DNA of 61,066 bases, taken from IMG/VR virus record IMGVR_UViG_3300007734_000736, positions 1 to 61,066 of that record, one strand, 5' to 3'. A program made the position numbers and the translations under genes. The notes under the pieces are model-generated. The model did no database searches. It was not told where the DNA came from and saw only the letters and a program-made list of their open reading frames with translations. The stretch comes from a virus (Duplodnaviria > Caudoviricetes). Positions 54,489-61,066 of the stretch are shown here, piece by piece (the stretch's first letter is position 1; every line of letters starts with the position of its first letter).

Positions 54489-55238
54489 TTATGCTTTAGG
54501 GCTAAGACGGTAGTTGCGGCGGATGATTTGCAAAGCATCATCCTTACTGAACGACTTCAGTCGGGAGTTGGCCAGTCGCAGCTGGTTGTAGTACTCTGCA
54601 CGTGCACGCTGCTTTTCCCCCATCGGTACCGTTGCCTTGCGCTCTAGCGTCTTGTAGTATATGTAAGCTCTCAGGGCTTCTTCTGCAGCGGTCGGTACAC
54701 ATGGGTTTTCGCATTTAGCTTCGTCAGAAATGTACTCAATAACGACTTGCGTGGTGTCGGACAGCATCGAAATCTCAATGCGGTTCTCGTTCCAGTTCAT
54801 CCGGTATTCCCCTGCGCCTTGACCTCCGCCCATGCCGTAGAGACGACCTACAGTCGTCTCAAAGATGAAGTTGCGGAACACGTATGAGTCAAAACCAAGA
54901 AGGTAGTCCGGAACGTCCGCGGCCGGCTGGTTCTTCAGCAGGTTCATGTTCTTGTTCTCTGCGAACACGTATATCAGGCCGTCGTTTCCAAGCTGTCCAA
55001 TCTTCGTAAGAGCAAGCAGGTCTGATGGTATCTCCACATACCCGTACTGCTCGTTTACCGTGAGCAGCGTGCTCTTGATGTTGGCAGAGATGTCCATGCC
55101 AAACTCGCGGATACCGCGAAGCGCGTATTGACGGATTTGATAGTCAGATACATTGGACGCGTAATCGTCCTCCTGCATCGCGATGATGTAGTCGTTGATT
55201 ACCTGGTCCAGAGGGATGAATGCGTATGATGTAGCCAT
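54489..55238 (-). CDS. Tail ring/adaptor protein
   Basis: Position and size; IPSDL..LTKIG, IEYISD. Confidence 0.6.
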   Translation of the reverse strand: MATSYAFIPLDQVINDYIIAMQEDDYASNVSDYQIRQYALRGIREFGMDISANIKSTLLTVNEQYGYVEIPSDLLALTKIGQLGNDGLIYVFAENKNMNLLKNQPAADVPDYLLGFDSYVFRNFIFETTVGRLYGMGGGQGAGEYRMNWNENRIEISMLSDTTQVVIEYISDEAKCENPCVPTAAEEALRAYIYYKTLERKATVPMGEKQRARAEYYNQLRLANSRLKSFSKDDALQIIRRNYRLSPKA

Positions 55239-55990
55239 TATTTAGCTTCGTCTTTAGCGGTTTCTGTTGCGCCGTAATTGAACACATCGTTGTCGCGAAG
55301 ATTGACTCCCACGAGCGTAAGAATCTCCGTTACAATCTCAGCAAAAAGCTGTTCGGGCAGCTCAAAGTCAACGCTGTTGGCTGCAGAGTACAGTTCCACT
55401 CCGGGCACCGCTGAGGTGTATCCGTAGGTTGGCGCAGAGGTGGTTTTGGCTCCCGTAGTGGGTACGATGCCCTGGGGCAGCTTGTAGTACCGAAGCACGA
55501 TGGAGGTAACGCTTGTGTTTACGTTCGGAAACACCTCAATCTTATCCCCAATCAATGCAACAGGAGCAGTGCTTGTAGGCTTGGAAAGGTCGCTGTTGAG
55601 AATGCGGTCGATGTGCTCGGTGTTGTACACTACCTGTACCTGATACTGCTGGTACTGACCAAGCACATATCGTCCAGGAGTCGTAATCGAAATAACGCGA
55701 GCAAAGTCTGCTGGCTTATCGACTACCCCAGATGCGAGAGCCAGGGTTGCTTTCTTGGAAAAAACAGAAAGGTCTTCCTCTGTGATTTTTGCCTTTCCGA
55801 ATTGGCGCGCAGCGTCAGAACCGCTGCGACGCATGCGAACAGAAAGGCCCATGTCCTCAAACAAACGGTTGTACACGTTCATTTGAGCGATGCCAGCGAA
55901 CTCATTGAAAATGGCCGGCGTGATGAATCCACGCTGGTCTTTGTTCGCGATGTCCTTTACTGCTCGGTATACTCTTTCTACACTTGCCAT
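55238..55990 (-). CDS. Tail ring/head-tail connector protein
   Basis: NKDQRGFITP..FN, DFELP. Confidence 0.6.
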   Translation of the reverse strand: MASVERVYRAVKDIANKDQRGFITPAIFNEFAGIAQMNVYNRLFEDMGLSVRMRRSGSDAARQFGKAKITEEDLSVFSKKATLALASGVVDKPADFARVISITTPGRYVLGQYQQYQVQVVYNTEHIDRILNSDLSKPTSTAPVALIGDKIEVFPNVNTSVTSIVLRYYKLPQGIVPTTGAKTTSAPTYGYTSAVPGVELYSAANSVDFELPEQLFAEIVTEILTLVGVNLRDNDVFNYGATETAKDEAK

Positions 55991-56023
55991 AGTCTTTGGC
56001 TTTGAAGCAAATATACAAAAAGA

Positions 56024-56044
56024 AAAAGGGGGCCTAAGCCCCCA
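56024..56044 (-). terminator. Intrinsic terminator
   Basis: GGGGGC-TTAG-GCCCCC plus T-run on the - strand. Confidence 0.75.
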
Positions 56045-56102
56045 GTTTGCCGAACCATTGATACCAACCAGATTGGTCCGACGCTTGATGTGTAGAGCAA
56101 AT

Positions 56103-56924
56103 TTACGACAATTTCTCTAATCGTGAAACAAGTTCCTCATATACAGGCGCTCCCTTCTCGGTGAGGCAGAAACGAACCATGATGTCGGTGGGGTCTTGTC
56201 CGGCAGGAACAGACAGAATTAAGCGACCGCTATCAAACCAGTATACTCCGTCAGGACGAAGCGAAATAATTTGAAAGTCATTTCCTTGGATGACGGCAGA
56301 CCGACACTTGACACGGGGGTCATCGAACATCTTGATGAATGCGTCAGGATTCGCCTTAGCTTCGTTGAGAAGCTCGCGGCGAATCTCAATAGTCTTCTGT
56401 TGGATGTTGATGCCAAGTGCTACGGCAACAGCTAGAAGCTCGTCAAGTTCTTTGTTGCGCACCAATGCAACTGCATCGTGCAGCAAGAATTCGCGGTCAA
56501 CTTGCTCTTGTACGTTACGGCTGCGCTCAACAACAACAAACAGCTCGCCGCCGTTAGCGCGATTCTGTGGGTGTAGGTCCAAGAAGTTAGCCAGGTTCGG
56601 CTTATTCTCTGGGACAATAAGCATTCCGTTGCGGAAGATGATATGCTCACGACGGGCATTGTGGCTTTGCTCATCCATGTATACGCTGGGCTCGTTCGGA
56701 CAGTAGCGAATTCCGCGCACTTGACGAGTCTCTGGGTCGTATACGGTAGCTTCAGATTTGATTTTACAAACGATGCCGCCTCCGTATGGAATCTCATAGA
56801 TTTTCTGTAGGCTGGCGGCTTGTTCGCGCTTTACTACGGGAACGCTTCGCTTGACTGTGGGGGTTGTTGCCTCGATGACTCGAGGACCGCGCTTGGCGGG
56901 TGCAGGGGTTTGTTCAGTGCTCAT
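56103..56924 (-). CDS. Hypothetical protein downstream of the major capsid gene
   Basis: Clean ORF with AT-rich leader. Confidence 0.75.
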   Translation of the reverse strand: MSTEQTPAPAKRGPRVIEATTPTVKRSVPVVKREQAASLQKIYEIPYGGGIVCKIKSEATVYDPETRQVRGIRYCPNEPSVYMDEQSHNARREHIIFRNGMLIVPENKPNLANFLDLHPQNRANGGELFVVVERSRNVQEQVDREFLLHDAVALVRNKELDELLAVAVALGINIQQKTIEIRRELLNEAKANPDAFIKMFDDPRVKCRSAVIQGNDFQIISLRPDGVYWFDSGRLILSVPAGQDPTDIMVRFCLTEKGAPVYEELVSRLEKLS

Positions 56925-56947
56925 TATTAAATGAAATTAAGAGAAAG

Positions 56948-56979
56948 AAAAAGAGGAGGGGGCCGAAGCCCCCTTCCTC
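56948..56979 (-). terminator. Intrinsic terminator after the major capsid gene
   Basis: GAGGAAGGGGC-TTCG-GCCCCCTCCTC plus T-run. Confidence 0.85.
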
Positions 56980-56992
56980 AGGTTTCCAAGGT

Positions 56993-58387
56993 TTAGGCCT
57001 TGATAAGGATGTGCTGGTTGGCGGCACGCGTAACCAGAGCGCACTCCGAACGGTAGTTGAACTGCAGTGAGTCCTCGTTCGTGTTAGCAACGCCCAGGAT
57101 AGAACCGGTCATCCAGTGCTCCATTTCACGGCTGTAGCCGTTCGTGTCCTTGTAGTTAAGCTCCAAGGCAGCGGCGCGGTTGCCGGTCTTGGGGTCAACA
57201 ACAGTAGTCATCGGAATCATCACACCGAGGTACTTAGAACCAGACAACAAGGTCGGGTCGTTCAGAAGCTTCCAAGAGTGCTTGTGGAACGTGTAAGAAC
57301 CACGAGAGAATGATTTGAATCCGAGCATAGCGGCTTCGTTTACTTTACCACCGAAGGCGTTAACACCAATGGTAGCGCTACCGAATCCAGCAGCTCCGTT
57401 CAACGAGGCAACCATGTCGTCGATGTCCAGGTCTTGAGCCGTATTGACGTACATGGCGTACTCGGGAGCAGCGCCTTGCTTGTCAAGTTCAGCAACCAAG
57501 ATGTCCATTTCAGCAAGGCTGTCGATGAGGCCAGACTGTACGATACCGCGGTTTTCGATGGCAGAGAAGTAGCCTTCGCCAGCCGTAGGAAGACCTCCGA
57601 TGTTCGTAGTGGTCAGGGTGTTGCTGATGCTTTGACCAAGCAACAACATCATTTCACGCTTATCGAGGAAACGAGCACGAGTGTCCATTTCGCCCTTAAC
57701 GTACCAGCGGTAGTCGCCGTTACCTACGTTAACCCAGCCAATGTTGGTGGCTTGAGAACCGGTAACCTTGAATACTTCCTTGATGATGCTGTAAGCGTTG
57801 GTACGCTTGATTACGTTAGACTCCAAGTATCCGTTGTTCTGGTCAGAACCTTGAGCAAACAGGTTTCCGATAACCGGAAGGTTAACAGAAGCCGTGCTTA
57901 CAGAAGCGGTCAAACCAGAGCTAGAAAGAGCCTGGAAGGTGTAGTTAGCGGTAGCGTTGTTTGCGATTTCACCGGTCGGGCTGATGGCCGTAACGATGAA
58001 GCGGTCTTGACCACCAACAAGAACTACGTCATTCAAACGAAGAACAGAAGCGTCGCTGGTTGCCTTTGCTCCTACGAAGGTCGTAGCGGCGGCAGCGGCA
58101 GAAGCCGTGGGAGCTACGGTAGCGTAGGCATGCAAGCGGGTTTCTTCCCAGTACTGAACCTCATCGGCGGTACCGTTTCCGCGTACTGCGCCTGTAAGGT
58201 TTAGGAACCCCGTAAGACCTCCGCTGATTTGCTGGTAACCGTAGGTCTTAACCAGTTGGTCGCGGTTGTCCGGAGCGTTTACTTCGTCGATGTAGTCGGC
58301 CAAGGAGGTGTACTTGGTCGGGTCAAGGCGGCGGAATACTGCTGCCTTGTTATCATTATACACGGGAGGTGCACTAGATGTAGCCAT
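56993..58387 (-). CDS. Major capsid protein
   Basis: 464 aa; follows the scaffold gene and precedes a strong terminator; VQYWEE, I.KE.F.VTGS, EG.F.AIE.RG. Confidence 0.82.
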   Translation of the reverse strand: MATSSAPPVYNDNKAAVFRRLDPTKYTSLADYIDEVNAPDNRDQLVKTYGYQQISGGLTGFLNLTGAVRGNGTADEVQYWEETRLHAYATVAPTASAAAAATTFVGAKATSDASVLRLNDVVLVGGQDRFIVTAISPTGEIANNATANYTFQALSSSGLTASVSTASVNLPVIGNLFAQGSDQNNGYLESNVIKRTNAYSIIKEVFKVTGSQATNIGWVNVGNGDYRWYVKGEMDTRARFLDKREMMLLLGQSISNTLTTTNIGGLPTAGEGYFSAIENRGIVQSGLIDSLAEMDILVAELDKQGAAPEYAMYVNTAQDLDIDDMVASLNGAAGFGSATIGVNAFGGKVNEAAMLGFKSFSRGSYTFHKHSWKLLNDPTLLSGSKYLGVMIPMTTVVDPKTGNRAAALELNYKDTNGYSREMEHWMTGSILGVANTNEDSLQFNYRSECALVTRAANQHILIKA

Positions 58388-58395
58388 GATTTATG

Positions 58396-59499
58396 CTAGA
58401 TTTTGAAAGTTAGAGTTTGCTGCCGGCCGAGCGCATCTAAGATTTGCTCAGCTAAGGCACTTTTTTGATTTTGTACTGGTGCAACCGGGCTAGAGGCGTC
58501 CACGTTGGCAGCGCGTTCAACGATTGCTCGCTGACCATCGCTAAGCCCCTGCTGGTAGATACTCTGCAAGATGTTCGGAAGATTATCCGTTACCGTGCGG
58601 TGCATGTTCCATAGGTCGTGGTCCCAATTACCCTGGTCGTCCATGTACTTATCGAAGAACTTTTCCATCTGCACATTCTCCTGAAACAGTTCGTTGCGGT
58701 AGGATTCGGGGACACCAAAGTTGAACTCTTTTCCATTGGGCAGGTCAAAAGAAATCTGTCCAAGTTCACCAAGAGACTGGTGCATTCCACGAAGCCAACC
58801 CTCATCGAATGGATTTTCGAATGATTCGACGGATTGTTGTCCTTCGAACTCAGGCATCTGAAACTGCTCACGGAGCTGTTCCATTTGCGTACGAGCTTTT
58901 GTAGCGTCAAGCTTTAGCTGGAGGGTACCGAGGCGAATATCATCTTCGCTGTAAATCGAATCGTCCAAGCGATACTTGCTTGAAAGAAGAAGATTTACCT
59001 CTTCGCTGGAAAGGTTAGGATATTCACTGGCGATATTGATTCGTACCGCGGTCAAGTCATCCATTTCGGATGGGTCTAGTGCCTGGTAGCGGAACCAATC
59101 TTCAGGAGAACGTCCTGTCTTAGCAACAAAGTCTGCGATAACCTGAATCCGAGGGTCAAGTTGAGCATACATGTCAGAGAAGTCTTCATCACTCATTTCT
59201 GAGAAGTCATCCGCAGGCGTTTCGCCGAAGATGTCGTCTGGAAACGGCATGAATCCTTCGCTGGTAGAAGGTTCTGTCAAAGAACTCGGCTCACTTTCCG
59301 GTTGCCCCTGAGCTTGAGGCTCAGGTGCCGCCGCAGGCTGAGTCGATTCCTGCGCTTGCGGAGCTGCCTCGGTTTGAGCCGGGGCAGGCTCCGTAAATTG
59401 TTCACCGGCATCATTCATCAGGGCTGCGGGCGGAGTATCCGACACCGTAAATCCCGCACTTGTGAGTGCCTGCTCCATTTGTGATTCAACTGATTGCAT
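58396..59499 (-). CDS. Capsid scaffolding protein
   Basis: Acidic, P/E/Q-rich N-terminus, directly upstream of the capsid gene; TACATTTG box at 59525. Confidence 0.7.
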   Translation of the reverse strand: MQSVESQMEQALTSAGFTVSDTPPAALMNDAGEQFTEPAPAQTEAAPQAQESTQPAAAPEPQAQGQPESEPSSLTEPSTSEGFMPFPDDIFGETPADDFSEMSDEDFSDMYAQLDPRIQVIADFVAKTGRSPEDWFRYQALDPSEMDDLTAVRINIASEYPNLSSEEVNLLLSSKYRLDDSIYSEDDIRLGTLQLKLDATKARTQMEQLREQFQMPEFEGQQSVESFENPFDEGWLRGMHQSLGELGQISFDLPNGKEFNFGVPESYRNELFQENVQMEKFFDKYMDDQGNWDHDLWNMHRTVTDNLPNILQSIYQQGLSDGQRAIVERAANVDASSPVAPVQNQKSALAEQILDALGRQQTLTFKI

Positions 59500-59551
59500 A
59501 GTAAATTTCTTTTAATGGTTTATGCAAATGTATAGAAGTGTGCGCGTTACA

Positions 59552-59941
59552 TCACGAGCGAAACTTCTTTGTCTTCTTTGCTATTGATTTTGGCTGAGGC
59601 ACAAACTGCTTTCCTTGCCTGCTACCCTCGCGTTTAGCGCGAGTGGTAGCTGCGTATTCTGCTGGTGTTAAGGACTTTATGGCTTTTTCCGGCAGGTAGC
59701 GCTCTCCAGTTTCCTTGGACGGCTTACCACTTTTTGTACGCCAGTTCTGCTGGGTCCACTTTGACAGAGATGTCGAACGCTTGGGGCCCGCGTAAGACCC
59801 TCCGGCTTTCTTGTATAACGAAACGGCTAATTGGGCTTTCCTCGCACTCCACTGACCAGGGTTTCCACCCTTGCTTCCAGCCTTCACTCTGGCAACTATT
59901 TGTTTCCAAAGCGCGGGGTTTTTCTTTTGAGCTGTTGCCAT
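59552..59941 (-). CDS. Basic phage protein (DUF5872-like)
   Basis: GGNPGQWSARKAQL, YKKAGG, RYLP, GKQFV. Confidence 0.7.
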   Translation of the reverse strand: MATAQKKNPALWKQIVARVKAGSKGGNPGQWSARKAQLAVSLYKKAGGSYAGPKRSTSLSKWTQQNWRTKSGKPSKETGERYLPEKAIKSLTPAEYAATTRAKREGSRQGKQFVPQPKSIAKKTKKFRS

Positions 59942-60261
59942 CAGATTCCACGTGTATACTTCTGAGACTTCGGTGGCATCTTCTTGTCTGCACTTGGGCC
60001 TCCCCAGAAAAACTTATTAGCCCAGTAGGCTGCGCTAGACGGACCTTTTGCAATGTTCTTTGCGTGACGGGTCTTGAATGCCTTGCGAGCCTCTGGGCTA
60101 TAGTTGTGACCCATTTTCTGGTCACCAAATCGAATGATACGTGGACGACCATCAATCTTGACCGCCACGATACCTTTCTTCGTAGGATGCGATGGAGTCT
60201 TCTTGGGCTTGCTGAAGCCAGAAAGACCGTAGCGCTTTAGGAAGTCTGCATCGTTTGCCAT
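59941..60261 (-). CDS. Basic phage protein
   Basis: IIRFG, RKAFKTRH, SAAYWA; TATCTTTG box at 60267. Confidence 0.7.
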   Translation of the reverse strand: MANDADFLKRYGLSGFSKPKKTPSHPTKKGIVAVKIDGRPRIIRFGDQKMGHNYSPEARKAFKTRHAKNIAKGPSSAAYWANKFFWGGPSADKKMPPKSQKYTRGI

Positions 60262-60279
60262 ATAGGCAAAGATAGCAAA

Positions 60280-60879
60280 CTACTTATAGCTATTCCCCCC
60301 CGCCCAAAGGACCAAGGACTCACGCACTCCGCTAGTTACAGGAGTAACTCTGTGTAACAAATATGATGGAAAAATTATCACCGTGCCCTGGGCTTTTGAA
60401 GCTGTTGCCTCGCCAGAACCTGAGCGAATCTCTAGTTCTCCGCCCTGGTAATCATTTGGGTCGCTAAGCTGAACCACGAGAGAAATCTTACGAAAGGCAA
60501 GCTCATTAGGCCCAATGTCCATGTGCCAATTGTAGAAGCCTTTCTCAGTTGCCTCGTACTGGGTGTACTGAATTGAATCTTGAATGGACTGCAGGTCGAA
60601 CTGCCACATGTTATCATTGGCGATAGTCATGTAGTTCATCAGTCGGTCGTACAGCCAACCGTGGGGGTTGGCTCGGGGAATCCACTTGATGTTTGACTTA
60701 CGCACTTGATTGAGCGCTTCGTCTTCAAAATTGGCAGCTACTTGCCCACGAGAGATGGGAATTACGCTTGCCTCCTTCTTGATTTTGGCAATCTCCTCCT
60801 TGTTGAAAGCAGAGTCAAAGTAGTACCAGCCAGTCATATCGCGGCCTTTGCCGCGGTCAAATGTTGGATTGAGGTTCAT
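60280..60879 (-). CDS. 2OG-Fe(II) oxygenase (PKHD/prolyl-hydroxylase-like)
   Basis: RKS, YNWHMD, RKISL.VQLS, YQGGEL, FPSYLLHRVTPVTSGVR.SLV.W. Confidence 0.9.
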   Translation of the reverse strand: MNLNPTFDRGKGRDMTGWYYFDSAFNKEEIAKIKKEASVIPISRGQVAANFEDEALNQVRKSNIKWIPRANPHGWLYDRLMNYMTIANDNMWQFDLQSIQDSIQYTQYEATEKGFYNWHMDIGPNELAFRKISLVVQLSDPNDYQGGELEIRSGSGEATASKAQGTVIIFPSYLLHRVTPVTSGVRESLVLWAGGNSYK

Positions 60880-61066
60880 TATTTATTTCGGTTACAGAAT
60901 GAAACAAGTACAAAGCGCTTACCCTTGGTTACTGCACGTGCGCCGTGTCGGTGAGTGATTACAGATGGGTGTACTGAGATGTATCCAGTCTTGCCTTTGT
61001 GCAGCTCTTTTTGACGCCAGAAGTACGTGCCTCCGCCTTCGTAGTCGTCATTCAAAGCAAGCACCA
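60879..61066 (-). CDS. 3' end of the GT4-GT25-lysyl hydroxylase fusion (continues from 1..2276)
   Basis: In frame across the 127-bp overlap; TAATG overlap with the next gene. Confidence 0.92.
   Translation of the reverse strand, partial: VLALNDDYEGGGTYFWRQKELHKGKTGYISVHPSVITHRHGARAVTKGKRFVLVSFCNRNK
60940..61066. repeat. 127-bp terminal overlap (copy 2)
   Basis: Identical to 1-127. Confidence 0.95.

Noticed and set aside
7537-58387. Stop-codon reassignment as in some crAss-like phages
   Set aside because: Long genes are intact in the standard code, and TAA, TAG and TGA all end genes.
60280-60879. Labelling this gene a collagen prolyl 4-hydroxylase
   Set aside because: The fold is compatible, but the adjacent collagen has only one Y-position Pro, so the substrate is left open.
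60940-61066. 127-bp terminal repeat as a biological direct terminal repeat
   Set aside because: It lies mid-CDS and equals a typical assembler k-mer overlap, so it marks circularity only.
1-61066. tRNA or rRNA genes
   Set aside because: No cloverleaf with a T-loop consensus was recognised by eye; tRNAscan-SE would be needed to exclude them.

Overview
This window is a complete, circularly assembled ~60.9 kb tailed-phage genome: bases 1-127 are repeated exactly at 60940-61066. It has a podovirus-type gene set (portal, TerL, major capsid, scaffold, ring/nozzle and ejection proteins). The host is probably Bacteroidota, judged from TAnnTTTG -7 promoter boxes before many genes. Early and replication genes run on the + strand (~22.0-39.5 kb). 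Morphogenesis and lysis genes run on the - strand through the window ends. The two arms diverge from a repeat-rich non-coding region at ~20.3-22.0 kb. The standout is a candidate phage-encoded collagen post-translational modification system. A 1409-aa collagen (~446 Gly-X-Y triplets, ~100 Lys, all in the Y position) lies directly upstream of a three-gene operon. The central gene of that operon spans the window junction, so the ORF track shows only its last 61 aa. It encodes a 778-aa fusion of a GT4 glycosyltransferase, a COLGALT-like GT25 glycosyltransferase and a PLOD-like lysyl hydroxylase, and it is flanked by two more 2OG-Fe(II) oxygenases. Other notable features are TAAC-array early promoters, a structured leader RNA with tandem pseudoknots, a peptide resembling the ribonucleotide reductase C-terminal tail, an amidoligase/GATase/GGCT set and a u-spanin-like lipoprotein. 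All family calls come from motif recognition by eye; no database searches were run.
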